Positions 1 through 13,922 of a DNA stretch of 41,050 bases are shown here, piece by piece. Origin of the DNA: Dimargaris cristalligena (Eukaryota); NCBI GenBank assembly GCA_003614675.1, contig ML002332.1, forward strand, positions 1-41,050. The letters run 5' to 3'. Position 1 is the stretch's first letter. Each line of letters starts with the position of its first letter. The position numbers were made by a program, and so were the translations under genes. The notes under the pieces were generated by a model. The model was not told the DNA's origin. It saw only the letters and a list, made by a program, of their open reading frames with translations, and did not search any database.

Positions 1-3000
1 CGACCATCTGCCGGGGGCTGAAAACCCCCATAATAATACACCATCCCAACCCCGGTCTAGAGGCACGGTGCAGATAACATGCCAAGTGGCCAATCAGCCA
101 TACAACCAAATGCACTAAATATTTAGTACCTTTGCGAAGATACTCCCGTCATTTAGTCGATAATCAACCGTGATTCCAGATGCTTCTTTTGTCTTTTCTT
201 TGCTTTTTTTTTCAAGCTGTACTAAACTACAGTCAAAGATCGCCCCTCTTCAGCTCCGTCCCCCCTGCCACGTAACGTGAGGATTCCCCCTACTCGTCGG
301 TTTGGGTGTCGTCTATTCACCCTCCAGTAGACGGTCAAGGTCAACGACGTATGTTCTGCACATTGGGTTTACTGTCCGCTTTAACTTCCATTGCCGTCCA
401 CAGTCGCCAAAGTGGACATATGAGTGCCGATGGTGGAGATATCAATCCAGATTAGAGATATATATGTGATTCCCTTTCCGCCATTTTGTGTCCTAATTTG
501 GCCAATCGGGTTGTGAACTTGCGCCTACATGGTCTACTGCCGATACGTAGTTTGATTTATATTTTTTATTTGGCATATACCCGGGTCCGATTCCCAAGCC
601 CTTAACCAGTATTATCGGTCCGCTCGCGGCCTCAACCCGCGGTGCGCCTCGTTTCCCAGCCAAACAGCACGCTGCAGCCTCCTCTATTCATGCTGATTTG
701 GTTTTTGGAAAATGATTCATCGTTCGTTCATCGATGCCGATAATAGGCCGGGGCGCCAAATCATTGGCTGTAAGTCCAAAGTGCGCCCCCTTCCCAGTCT
801 GATATATATCTCCAAACGATATTGTTGAATATTAGTTATTTAAAGGCCCCCTTGGTAAGATCGGGACAATAGGTGGAGTTTTTTTTTGGCTGCTGCATAA
901 GGGCACTACCAGTTTAACCCACCCCGCTCATTCCGGCACGTTTCCTCGCAACGATTTACACCAACTTCCAACCGGCCTACTCCCATTCCATATAATTGAA
1001 ATCCCCCATGTACGTATATGTGTTCGGCAGCAGCCGGTATGTTTAACACCAACTGCAGACGAGGAAGTAAAATGTGGCTAGTTGAACTAAACGGAGGTCA
1101 ATATGAAACATAAGCCATCGAATCGAGTGATTGGTACGGCAGTTTATCCATTTCTCGGCAATGGGTTCTGAGGGGGGTAGTTATCCAGCCTATATTGGAA
1201 TAGTCCATTATCCTATACGTCCTCATTTTGTTAAGTACGGCAGGTGAGAACATGTTGATATATCATTAGGAGGAGAAGAGGGAGGGGGTAAATAGATGGA
1301 TCCTGTTTCAAACCGGGCGGCTTAGGACTGTAGTGATGTTGCCACCGAATGAAGACGATCCGGCACCCAACTAGCCTCATCGCCGATAAAAATTGGCTTA
1401 CCGAATTTTGCTGAGCTGGAGGAACTACAGTAAAGCAACCTAGCCCGATATTCATATTCGAGCATTCGAAGGCTAATTGCTGACCAAGTATTGTTTGGTT
1501 GACATGGTCGGCTCCAACGGGTTGTGCTGATGTACGGGTTGGCGGAAGGGGCTTTCCATGGGCATAGTGCGTCAAGGGCTTGGGGGTTTCGTCATTGTAG
1601 GTATGCACTCCCCCTCTCTCCCTCCCCAGCGTCTTCCATTCCAAGAAACAATATTGTTGTTTTCGTCGCTTTTGGTTGGGAGACGCCTTACTGATTTCCA
1701 TTAACCCACACAATCTGTTGGATATTCCAGTATTATCCACAGTAGCGGTCTATCGTCGCACTAGTTGTTTTTTTTTTGAATTCATCAATGACATATCTCT
1801 ATCACTAACTTACCCCCACTGGGGCTAAAGTATGAGTGGGAATAGTCCACTGGGTATCCAAACACGTTGATTGGAGGAGCTGGCTTCGCTTCCGGCTATG
1901 GTCGTCAGGACCGCCCACCTCTCCGCCTAATTCAACGAAATGCGCCATGCCCAAAGATATAAGGGGCAGGAAGTATAGGGGCGGCGACAGTGATATTCAG
2001 TGAGTAGAACTAAATATTTTACGGGATTCAATAACAATATTTAAGAATATCAATGGCCAGGGTCTAATGTCACTGTTAGCATTACCTAATGCCCCCATCC
2101 ACCGCTCTATAGGGAAAGGCACACTATATATTACTTGGTAGAGGGTGATGAAATTCACACTACGCCCCGCTCGCTTTGAATGATTCTGTGGTGCCTTGGT
2201 GAACATTATCCCTGGTCCCTTAGCAGTATTCTTCATCCACCTGAACAGGACCAGGGCCCGGTTGATTGAATTGGCTCCTGATGCGACCCTGGGATTGTCA
2301 GGCCAGCTGGAGTAGGAGGGTCCTATGGGGATCCTCGCCTTGAACCCTAGTCCAATCCGTATTCCCGTCCTCAATCAGGTTAGCAGGGTACGGATCTAGG
2401 CAATATTAAAGTATAGTCGGTGGGATACAATGGTCACTGTTTGACCAGATATAATCTGGTGAGAATGACCACCACTGGGCCAGATTAGTGTTCCGCTGCT
2501 TAAAGGGACTGGAATGTTGACACATGAAGTGGGGCAAATAACGATAATGGCACCAGAGGTTGACCAAAGTGATTGTAGAACCACATTCAAAGGTTCATTC
2601 ATTAAAATAGCATTTAAAATTGTATGCCCCCAGATTCGCAGGGCCAAAGGGTCGCCTCTGCTATTACAGTGTTGATGGGCTGGACTGGTCAACAGAGGGG
2701 CGAACTTGACTATTTTCATTCTCGCGCACTGGTTCAGTGATCGTGTCGCCCACATTCATCCTCACAACGCGACCTTTCCGTGCTCCCTGGCCAGTTCGCT
2801 CTCCTCCCCCCACTACCTTCCATCTCCACTCCTACACCATCGGAAAAGGGTTATTGGACTGGGAAAAAATACTTGATAGATGAAATAATAAATATAAAAA
2901 AAGGCGGGAGAGCGGAAATACCAACTAGTCGAATCGTAAACAATTCAATGAGGGGGTGGTAATTGGTCTCCCATTATTATGGGCAAATGTTTAGGTAGCC

Positions 3001-6000
3001 CACATCTATAGCCAGGGGGTATTGCCTAAATAAAATGTAGACAAGTACACTGGAGAGTGAGAGCCACTCGGCTAAAGGGGGCTTTTTGACATTAGACAGG
3101 CGGTTTATAGCCGCTTCCTGGCTCGCTAAACCACTCTAAAATATATACATGTAGCCACCAACGCGTAAGCAAATCGCCTGGTCCGTTATTCCCCGCCGCC
3201 CCACCTCCACTTCGCGCCTCCCGGCTTTTTGTACAACTCGACGAGTTCTAGGATTCCTTTGGGGATGCTTAATAGCACCTCTATTACCCCCCACCCCGCG
3301 CTTCTTTCTCCGACTACTCCATAGTGACGGCTGAAGGGTGACCAACCGCCTCCGCCCCTTTCCCAGTGGACTGAAGACATATTGAGTGGGTGGGGAAAGG
3401 CCAGTCACGCGGCGGGCGACGACTAAGGTTGCCGAGGGCAATCGGGGTGGTGGACAGGTCGGATATGGTGTTTCAAAGTACAAACCCCCCTCCCCTTCCT
3501 TCCCCCTTCGTCCAGCTGGTGGGCGGACGCGCAGGCTGCCGTGACCTCGGTTGGCAATGTGCCTTCTGCATTAATAATTTTTTAAGTGTTTCCGAATCAA
3601 ATCGTGAGATCTTTTGGATCTGTTTTATATAAATCTACGCAATTTATTCTCTCCCTACCCCCCCTCTGCCAGTTGACCCTGTCATTGGGCCATATTCGCA
3701 TACTCTCTATCCCGGGCCGTTCATTTCAGTTTGCCTGGTTTGATGCATGGCTTAGATAACACCCGATTGTAGTCCACCTACGGCCACGCCCATTCTCCTC
3801 CCTTGGGGTTGCTTAATTCGAACCCGAAACCCGGTGACCAGGAGTGACAGGGCGGGTCGGTAGGCAAAAAAATCAAAAGGTGCGGATACTCTGCATGCCC
3901 CACCTGTAACCATGCAATCGACCTCCCCAAGCAGGCAGCAGGGATGGGTGGGGACGCCTGGCTGTTGTTTTTCTCTTTTATTTTCACGACTACACTAAGC
4001 AAGCGGATGGTCGATACTATGGCGACTACTCCACAGGATACTATGGGCGTAGCGCGGGGGAGGGTGGAGCATAGAGAGGTGACGATAAAAGAGGGAGAAG
4101 GTGGAGGATGAGGAAGGGGTGGGGAGGTGTAGGAGGATATCGCAGGCCCAAGGGCTGGTCACTGCGTGCAACCTAAGCTTCCAAGGGGCTACCGGTATCA
4201 CCTTATAATCAATGTACCGGCGACATACATAGGCGGATAAGAGAGATGGGCGGGGGAGGTGCTTCTTCGGGTAGGCAATACCCGGGCCACCGGGTGTATA
4301 TACCCGCGTACTATGGCATCAGCGTGAATTGGCGGATGTTTCATAACGCCTCCTACAAATTCCCCGCCCCCCTGTTCAACCCACTATTACCCCCGACCCT
4401 TCAGCCCAAAGGACACGTACATTATTACATGCCGATTTTATTTACCCAGAGACACCGCATCGCCATCTACATCAAATCACTGCTATACCCCAAAAGGCCA
4501 AGTTCCTACCCGCCCATTTTGCATTTCAGTATGAAACCGCGAGAATCATGGTTGCCACTCGGGAAAATGCATTTTTTTACATGCCTTCCATTTGGGTTAC
4601 ACGTCCTTGAAAAGCGAGAGAGAAGGGGGGGCAGTTTATCCGTTTAGCATTTCCCTAATTCACCGACGCTCTGCATGTCTTATACACGCTGACTTAGTAC
4701 ATTCGAACAAAATGCAGTATCGAATGCGGCAGCGGGTAAATTCACTGGTATTGTACACAAACCCACACTTAACCCCACACCTAACAATCTTTCTGTGGGA
4801 TTTTTTCCGTTCATCACTACCACCACCACCCCCTCATTCTTATTTTCCAATAGGCGTGGCCCAATTTCCTCCAGTCCGCGATTCTACTTCGCCACTGAGG
4901 ATTTTTTTTAGATGACATTGCCGAAAACATATCCACGAAAGGCCTTTGGATTGGTCCTGGATAAAAGACAAAGGACGAACGATGGCGATTCGGAAGAGAC
5001 AGACTACCCCATCGTATGTCCTTCCCCCAATAATAGTAGTGATTCAGCTTTAACCGGTTGTTGGAGTAGTAGGACTGCCGACAATGACTGAATGGGTATG
5101 ATTCTCAAGCTGAGCCACCGGTCCGGCCGTCTTATCAGCCATCCCATACTATACGGTATTTGACGGGCCTCAATCACCCCAGGCCAGTTAGTCCGGGCGT
5201 TCAGGGTGAATAGGATGTACATCCTCCTTCTGGGTGGGAGGCTATTCTAGGTTTAGGATCCAAGTCTATTCCTGGATGTTCCAGATAAAATTGCCAGGGA
5301 TTCCTGGTAATGTACACCATACGGAGGGGTGGGGTTGGGTTAAATTGGAGGAAGGAGAGGCGGACGGTTTCGGATGGCAAAGTGATTTTTTACCTTGTTA
5401 ATTGGGGCCTTGATTCGACCGTACTGCCTTTTTACTAATACGCTTTCGTGGAAATGAAACGTGATATGGACGCGGGCAGTGCATAGTCATCCGGGGCTCG
5501 AATGGTCACAGACATTTGCATTAATCCCCCCTCCCCAATGCCTTTAGCAGCTGATCTACCCCCCCCCCACCCATCGCCCCACTTTGAGTACCTCAGCTGT
5601 TTAAGGTTATTCTCCTGTTTCCCAATACCCCTGACCAGGAGTCCTAGGCCATTAGGGAAACCATGAGATACGTGAGAAGAGGTTGGTGGGCCAATTAGCA
5701 GTAATTCGATCCACAAAAATAGGAATATTGGCAAAGGTTTAGAGTAGTGACACCGCTTTTACAATGTTTCCTTTTTACTATGACTACACACTCGGAACAC
5801 CCCTCCCCCCTTTTTATTCCTCACCAAAGCGGGACTAGTGGTTGGCAGGATATAATAATCACAGTATTCGTGGAGTGAAAACAAAAGTCACCATCGAAGT
5901 GCCGTTTTATTGTTCGCTTCACCCACAAGACCCCTTCATGGCTCAGTACAATTGCAGCGAATAGCAGCGTTGCGCTCACCTATCTCTCTCTCTCTGTGTG

Positions 6001-6944
6001 TCTACCTTCACCCCACAGTGGCTCATTCGTCCCAGGAAACGCGACTGGGTGGTCGTCTTTCAGGCCAATGTATGTGCATAAGACATGCCCGTTTCTCTGT
6101 TTGAGTGGCTAAGATATAACAACAAGTCGACCATCATTGTTGTTGACACGGCCATTTCATTCCAACTCATCGGCCGTGCCACCAGAACCTAGGTTGATCG
6201 TTTTTGTTGAGGAGAGAGAAGGGGTAGATAAATACATGGAACAGTCTCAGTGGCCAAGGAAGTGAGTCGGTGGCGGTAGTGTACGAAGGAAGGGAGGGTG
6301 TCATTGGTTTATTAAGCATTGGTGCTGCGCGAATGATGGGCAATTGATGGGGTATGCAGCGGTGGCAGAAATGGGAAGGTCAGGGGGAGAGAGAGGAATA
6401 TGGGTCGTTAGGCCCGTTTCCCACCCGGTAGGCTGACTACAGAAATTTCCCCGGGCGATGCGATTAGAGGGCCTCTCGACCGGGTCGACGGCCAAACTGC
6501 TGTCGCGTACATTTTGGCAGTGATTGGTGGGGGAAACGGATACTGGTTTACAAAGTAGGTATATAGTTTAGTATTGGCCGTTTGGTCGGAATGGAGGACG
6601 GGCCAAGTTTACTATTAGTTGGGAAGAGGGTCTGCACCTCCTCTCATCTCCACTGGAGATCAGATACAGGGGAGGGTGAGGGAGTCGATTTAGAGAGTTG
6701 ACTCGTCGTTGGCTATTAGCTGGTGAACTATGCCAATGTATTTACCCCAAATAACCAGGCGGTTAGACCAAATAGCAAGGCGCTAGTATATGTCAAAAAA
6801 TGCATTAATTTCAATTTAGTCCTAAAGCAGGCCCCATACTGTGCTCTACTCCTGTCTGTATGTCTCCCCCGATTGGCTACGCTAATGTTTAAGTAGCTAA
6901 CTATAACACCACTCTCCAAGACGCAGACCGAGAGGGGGAGCAGT

Positions 6945-6977
<33 letters not shown>
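6945..6977. repeat. (GA)n microsatellite (one interruption)
   Basis: Direct sequence. Confidence 0.9.
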
Positions 6978-9900
6978 TGCAGAGGGTATTCAACGAGGGA
7001 TTAGAGGCCCAAGACAGTCCGCGATGCGGAAGCCGGGGTCCTCAGTTAACGCAGCACGCAGCCAATACAAAGAGGCAACGAGGTGTAGTCGCGCAGTGTA
7101 GGTTGGGGGGTGTGGAGAAAGGGGCAGCAAGGAATTGCCGGCCAGCCAACCAACTAGCCAGGCAGCGGATTGGGCCAACCACCACCGCCAGGCTCACTGT
7201 CCGGCCTTAGCTAAACAAAAGCCCGCGCACCGTACCATCTCTCGCACGGCCTCTCCTTCGCATTCGCGCCGTTATGGCTCACGCCTGCCCTTCCTCGCTC
7301 TCTCAACATTTCAACTGTCCCTACCCCTCCCCTCGTCTCTCATATCCACTTCCTTCTCACCCTCTCCTCCTCCACCCTGCCCAAAAAATCAAAATCATTA
7401 ACGCCACTCAAGGTTGGCGGATCCCCGTGAATCTTACACGGACACTGCATGTCGCTGGTCGCATATGGCAACCACAGCTGTGCCCGCGACTGTGCCCGGT
7501 CACAGTAAGATGCGGATTGCCATAAACCACCTCGATTAAACGTCATTACTTAGCCAGACATTTGGGTGGCACCGTGGGTGTATTGTTTAGGATAACCCCC
7601 CTCCTTCTTTTTAACTACCCTCCTCATCCTTCTCGCCCCCTTATTTTCCAAACTTGCCAGTAATTTCAACGAATCAAACATTTATAAATTGCGGTGGCAC
7701 ATCGGGAAAAGACAGAATGAAGAAAAGGGGGTATTGCCTGGCTAAATGTACCCACACATAGGCAGGTTAGTGCGCTATAGCAATATAGACATTTGGGTCC
7801 AAATTGATGCTGACTCAATAAAATAAAAATCAGAACCCGATAGGGATAGGGGAGTGAAATATTAATAGCAGCGGATTAATTCAAGCGGCGTGGGCATTAT
7901 CAAGCATTGTTTTGGGCCATGGCTGTGCGTGTTGCCCGCCCAGTACGGCGGAGTGGGCATTTCTGCCACTTCCGCCACTACTCAACCCCCCTTCCTTGGC
8001 TTGAAATGCTGCACCGTCTGTGGCTCGACGCATGACTACGCCAATGGTAAGATTCGATAGATACAGCCCATGGTATATCCTTGGGGAATGGAGGAAGTAA
8101 GAGAGCGACTTTAAGGCATGGATGTGGGGGGCGGGGGTGAGTTATTATTCGAGTAGGTGCTTCGCGAGAGGGGAAAGCACCTGGCGGCGGCGGCGGGCTC
8201 TACATAACCCCCCCCCCTCTGCCCCACAATTTGGCCCATCTCTCCTGCTCTTGTATTTCCCTCGTCAGCCTTTATCGTACGTTGCCATTTGGTTTCCGGA
8301 CAACCCAGCGTCTTTCTATTAAAGAAATCCCCGGGTCTGATGGTTCATGGAGGAGGTGGGTCTCTTGGCGGGTTCAGTGTATGTGAATGGTATAATAGAC
8401 TCAGACCCCATCTGGTCCAAGCATCCCCCATCGGGCCAAGATATCGAGGAGACCCCCCCCCTTTCCTCTTGGGTCAAGGGCCGATTTCACCCGCAAAATC
8501 GCAATTCCATAAAATGGGATGGGCAGGTGTGTATGGGTTGTGATTGCCGGCCTCGGCCCTTCACTTCACCAATTTAGGAAGAGACCGGGCGTTACGTGGG
8601 TTGGGTGGCTTTTGTGCAGTTTAGGTCAGGACCTTTCCTCTCTTTCCCTCCCCCCTCTCGGCTGACTCTGGGCCCGCCCAGTGAAGTGGGTACCCATGGG
8701 AGGGATGAGACAGACGCACCTGATACAGAGGGGGTGGTGGAGAGAGAGTGAGAGTGAGAAGAGGACCAAGACAAGAAGAATGCGGGAAACGGGGGGTTGA
8801 TAAGGTGGTCATGGTGGGGGTCCGCAACGCACCGGACCGCCGATGAATCAGCCAGTACGGGGTGCCTCGTTTCTCCGTTTAATAGTGGTATTATTATTAT
8901 TGTTGTTGTTTTTCTGCCTCCTATATACGAGCAGAGAGAGAGAGAGTTGCTAAAGAGCAGCAGACCTAGTCCTCTGCCCTCCCCTTCATTAACGAGCGGC
9001 TAGTAGAGTACACTGGATGCCCCGTACGGCACATTCCGTTGGCGGCCCCTTGGTCCACCCCGTCTTATCCCCCCGCGTCATGCTGGTTGGACCGAGCCTT
9101 CCAATTACCATTCCTCAGCCACCCCCTTGACGTCGCGGCTACCATCGGCTCCCCTCGCGCACAATCCCTCCACGACATCATTAGCCTAGGCATTGTTTAG
9201 CCGCACCCGTAGCAGCGGTTGCGGTGGTGGTAATGGAGTGGGCGACTCCTGGACCCACAGTCAGGGTGTGGGACATTAGCAGTGGTAGTACACATGGGGA
9301 AAGGTGGTGGACGAAGGGCGGGGGACGGGGACGGGAGCGAGGGCCACCAGAGGAGGAAGAAAGGGCATTTGATTGATGGGTTAGGTCAACCAGACTCCAG
9401 CATACTTCAATATACGTCTTAATGCAAAAAAATGTAGATGGGCCGCTTCGTTGCCTATAGTCGAAAAGTAGGGCAGCAGCCAACCGATAGGCGGCATAAG
9501 GATTACACAAGGCGGGCGCCTGCACGACCCATTCGGAAGACAGCTGCATAAGGTGAGGGGGGGGGTGGAGTGAAAGCATTGGAAAAAACGATGCTGCAGT
9601 TCTAATGAGGGGGTCGGTTAGGACGGAGCCTCACCCCCGGCCTGCATTACTGGACAACCTCATACACTTACGTCGCATGTAGGTGGGCCGGCCGGGGTTG
9701 TTTTACGTTGAACCCTCTCCTCTTTGTCTACACCCTCCCCGCCTACCCCAGCCTGCCCCAAATGCGAGCATTCGCTACTTGTGGACGGGTGTGTGCAACA
9801 AGAGCGGGGGGCGCTCCGGAGAGAGAGTCTTGGCTACGGAATTATATTAAGCATGGTCGCCCAAAGTAAACGGGGGAAGGGGCAGTAATTCGCACGAGGC

Positions 9901-10443
9901 GGAAGAAAAATCGACGAACCAAAGGGTATTAAAGCCCCCGCCCTTATTAATTTTTACAGATTTATATATAAAACGCAGTAGAGCAAGTGGCAACGAGGGT
10001 TGTACGGTACTTGTTCCCAATCTTGGGCTCACCGGTCACAGGCGTCACCTTCCCCCCAAGGACAGACCGACCTCCAGCCGCCCGTCACCAAGTCGCACAC
10101 CGGATTCTGGAACTAAGCCTAAAGGTTACGCTGTACTCCGTGCAGCATTTTTTGGGCCAATGTCCTCCTCCTAGATTGTATCGGTCCCATCCATGGCTTT
10201 GACGAGGTTACTGCGCTCACTAAACCAGCCTGTTGGCATGAATTGCCCATTCTTCCTCGCCTTCGTCTTTACCCACTTCTCCATACACACACGCGTGTGC
10301 GCGACAGGGTAGAGCAGAGTAGTGAGTAGCTCAGGGCCTAGCTTCAGGGCAGAGTGCCGTATACTTTAATACGCCCTTGGGAGACTATCCATTCATTGCC
10401 ATCGGTCCCCGTCCCTGCCGATACGAAGAAGTCCGTCTCTCTC

Positions 10444-10444
<1 letters not shown>

Positions 10445-10477
<33 letters not shown>
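10445..10477. repeat. Compound (CT)11(CG)5 microsatellite
   Basis: Direct sequence. Confidence 0.9.
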
Positions 10478-11163
10478 TCAAGTGAATGATACAGCGCTTG
10501 CCCGTCAGCAAGCCAACTCAATAGTAAGCTATACAATGGATAGACAGACAGACCCACCGGCCCAAAGCCATTCTCATGGGTCGAATGATTCGAGGGCCCT
10601 GTGTGGTATATCTCTCTCCTTCCCCCTTTTTTCCCTCACCCGTATATTCAGGGCAGCTCCGTTAAAAGGCTAGGTCCACGGTATTCCTTGTGTCGGGTAG
10701 TGCGGTATTCTGTATCCGTGCGTGTGTTAGTCGTACTAGTGGGCACACAAAGCTGTAGTGCCTCTCTCTCTCTCTCTCTCTCTGGCCTTGGGTTTATACG
10801 GTAGCCTTTTCGTGGTGTGGTAGCACCTGGCTTCTTAAATCCCTCCCCCCTCTAAATGTGGTTTGGGGGGGGGAGGGAGGGCAAGGGCGGGGAGGGGGAA
10901 GGGGCGCGCGCAACCCCCTCTCTCTCCTCCTCCATCCCCCCTCCCCTGCGGCCCTACAGCGACCATGTGTATTGTTATTATTATTTTTTCTCCCGCTTTC
11001 TGTGAATGTGTATGGCACAGCCGTCACTGCGAAAAAAACGGGGTGGCCCCATTGGTAGGTTCCCAGCTCTGGGCCCCTTTCATCTCTGGGCGGGCTGTGA
11101 GGTCCCTTATCCATACCCCTGGCCCCGGTCCGCGCGCGCGCAATGCCCGTCCTAGCCCATTCT

Positions 11164-11171
11164 TATAAATA
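11164..11171 (+). promoter_or_regulatory. Candidate TATA box (TATAAATA) of creA
   Basis: Canonical TATAAATA just downstream of a (CG)5 tract (11131-11141) and upstream of a pyrimidine-rich leader about 550 nt before the ATG. Confidence 0.5.
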
Positions 11172-11714
11172 CTCCTTACCCGCCCGCCCCCACCGAAGAC
11201 TAACTGTCACGAATCCATTTAATCTGGCGCCCACCGTGCTTGCTTCTGAGATACCTACTCTCCTTGTTCTTGGTCCACATCTTCTATTCCTATTTTTTTT
11301 TGCCCTTCCCCTTCTTCCCTTCCTCTCGACCCCTCTTACTGTTGATAAATATAAATACATACATATATATATTTATAATTATTATTACGGTTCTATTACT
11401 GTTATGTCTCTTCGATTATCTATTCTTCTAAGTTAGTCACACTCAAGCCAGTCTGACCATTCCTTTTTGCAGCAAAGTATTTCATCAATTGATTTTATTT
11501 CTCCTTCTGTTTTAGCCTTCCACATCCATTTATTTCCCAACGAAATCTTTTTAAATTCCCCGTTTAATTAGCCTTGTCTTTTCGTTAATTGCAACCAAGC
11601 ATTAGGAGCGCCAATCGTTCCCTATTTCGCTCTAAATTTGGCACCACCATACAGCTGCCACTTTTCCGTCAACCCCCGCCATATATATCACCCCACATAC
11701 CAGCAATCGCCACC

Positions 11715-12719
11715 ATGTACACTCTATCAGCCAGCCCCATAGCGCCCCATAAGGAGGGCAAGAAGGACGCCCCCCGGCCCTACCAGTGCCCCATGTGCCC
11801 CAAGGCCTTCTACCGCCTGGAGCACCAGACCCGCCATATCCGCACCCACACCGGCGAAAAGCCCCACGGCTGCAACTTCCCGGGCTGCAACAAGCGGTTC
11901 TCCCGGTCCGACGAGCTGACTCGTCACCGCCGCACCCACACCAACTCCACCCGCCGCGATCGCCGCATGTATCATTCCGGTTCGCTCCTCAGAGGGCCCT
12001 CGCCGCATCACCACCACCACGACCTGCACTCGGCGCCTCTCGGTGGCCCCATGCTACCGTTCTTTAACGGACCCCGTTCCCACACCATGTCGTACCCCGG
12101 CCCCCCTTCGTCGGTGATGATGACCGACAAGCCCTTTTATTCTCCCCCGCGCTCGGCTTGGCGCCATGCCCCTTATCCTGCTATGCCTGTGAACCATTCC
12201 CGCATGCCTCCGACCCCGTCGCCCAACTCGTCCGCGGCTTCGACTCCCGCCGTGTCGGTGCCCCGGCTGCCGTCGCTGAACTCGCAGCTTAACTCGCCCA
12301 CCTCCCCCGGCCTGGCCCTGCCCGCCCTCTACCGTCCCCGCTCGGCCTCGGTGATTACCCTCCCGAGCGTCCAGCACTTGGACAGCTCCATCAGCAACTC
12401 GGCCTACAGCAGCGACGACGAAACCGCCTCGACTCACTCGGCGTCGGGATACCCCGAGGACGTGAACAGCCGCTATCGTGCCTCTTCTACTGCCTCCAGC
12501 GACTCGGCCGACTTCCCCCTGCTCTCTTCTTTGGAGTCGTCCCCCATTCTCCGTCACTCGGACATGTCCTCGCGGACTGATACCCAATCCCAGCCCCGTC
12601 TGAGTATCTTGGAAATTATTGAGTCTCCCCTGCCGCGCCAGTCGCGCGTGCTGCCCACCCCCAATGCCAAATGCGTTTTAGCCACATCTTCCTTTAAGAT
12701 GCAACCCGTCTTCGTATAA
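11715..12719 (+). CDS. creA: CreA/Mig1-family C2H2 zinc-finger carbon catabolite repressor (334 aa, intronless)
   Basis: ATG at 11715 in gccaccATG context; the ORF track starts upstream at a TTG. Diagnostic fingers [56 protein letters not shown], a Ser/Pro-rich middle, and a C-terminal LSILEII...RVLPTP segment resembling the CreA C-terminal conserved region. Strong GC3 codon bias. Confidence 0.95.
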   Translation: MYTLSASPIAPHKEGKKDAPRPYQCPMCPKAFYRLEHQTRHIRTHTGEKPHGCNFPGCNKRFSRSDELTRHRRTHTNSTRRDRRMYHSGSLLRGPSPHHHHHDLHSAPLGGPMLPFFNGPRSHTMSYPGPPSSVMMTDKPFYSPPRSAWRHAPYPAMPVNHSRMPPTPSPNSSAASTPAVSVPRLPSLNSQLNSPTSPGLALPALYRPRSASVITLPSVQHLDSSISNSAYSSDDETASTHSASGYPEDVNSRYRASSTASSDSADFPLLSSLESSPILRHSDMSSRTDTQSQPRLSILEIIESPLPRQSRVLPTPNAKCVLATSSFKMQPVFV

Positions 12720-13840
12720 TCTAGAGATTTCCCCTATATAGTTTTAGTATGTTTTCTTATACCTATTTATTATTTACGACACCCCCAAAACTATTGTGGC
12801 TGACCTTTTTTTGTCTGACGCTGCTACTGTGCGGCCAGCCTTTCTCCACCACCCCCTTTTTTATTACTTAACTGCCGTTGCTACTGCTTAGCAACCTCTG
12901 TCCCACCCCCCTTATTCTGTGCCACGGTTGTCCCCCTACTCGGCAAGACCACCAAACCGACTAGCCTACTATTATTATACCTTGAATTTCTTGGCCCTGC
13001 TATTATTGTTACCCTCTTTCTGTTCCCTGTATCGATATGTACAAACCCTGTAAATTTCCCTTTCTAAATACCCCCCTCCCTTCCCCTACTTTACTGCAAT
13101 TCTTATGTTGCCGATTCTATTTTTATATATTCCCCTTCTCCTTCACACATATTCAGCTATCCTATTCCATCCTTTTTACCAACCCTAAATGTCATCATTC
13201 TTTTTCTGTTTTTTCCATTCCCGTCATTCTTGAACTTTGAATCGACGTCTCGAACACTCCAAGTCAGCGACCCATCCATACCTGTTTCATCCGACCACCC
13301 CCCTCCTAGTACCTATAGTTATCCAACCTCCCGACCCTTTTTTCAATCACTTGCCTATATATTCATTCCTTTTCACTAATCACCCCATCCCACATCATTC
13401 ACACAGCTATCTGAATAGATTCTTGCCGAGCAAGGTGCCCCCTCCGCTATTACAAAAATCAATAATAAATATTAACCCTCAAATCATTAGATATACATCA
13501 TCCTTGCGGACTAATAGTCGCTCTAATTCTAACCAATGTGAACACACTCGAGAGTCGAACAAACCCCGATGATTTCACCTTTGTCAAGGGCCGTGAATAT
13601 CCCCCTGTACTTTATCGCCTTCGCCGCTCAGTCATTATTTAGAGTCGATGATCTGACTTCATGAAAGGCTGATCCATTGAGCGTATCTTCGTCCAACAAA
13701 CCCGCTTTTCCGGGCCCCATAATCGGTCGTTCTTTGCTTTCCACTAGCCTGCCTCTCAGAGCCATGGTATTCCCTATATACAGCATGAGTTGATTATATT
13801 CCCTTCATTTTTTCCCCTCATAAATCTGGCCAAACCAAGT

Positions 13841-13922
13841 GGCTTTACTGTACTATCCCTAAATTCACGGAATATGGGCTTTACTGTACTATCCCTAAAT
13901 TCACGGAATATGGGCTTTACTG
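13841..13922. repeat. Perfect tandem duplication, 36-bp unit x about 2.3 (ggctttactgtactatccctaaattcacggaatatg)
   Basis: Identical units start at 13841 and 13877; a partial third copy spans 13913-13922. Confidence 0.95.

Noticed and set aside
1231-2755. Three consecutive minus-strand ORFs (169, 125, 119 aa)
   Set aside because: No recognisable domain, non-ATG starts, no codon bias and no convincing splice path joining them.
5420-5440. U5 snRNA loop-I-like GCCTTTTTAC
   Set aside because: Five T instead of the invariant four, with no flanking stem or Sm site.
11589-11714. N-terminal extension of the creA ORF in the track
   Set aside because: Starts at TTG in a T-rich leader; the ATG at 11715 has a strong context and the coding bias begins there.
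13841-13922. 36-bp repeat as a CRISPR array
   Set aside because: Units are adjacent with no spacers, the context is eukaryotic and there are no cas genes.
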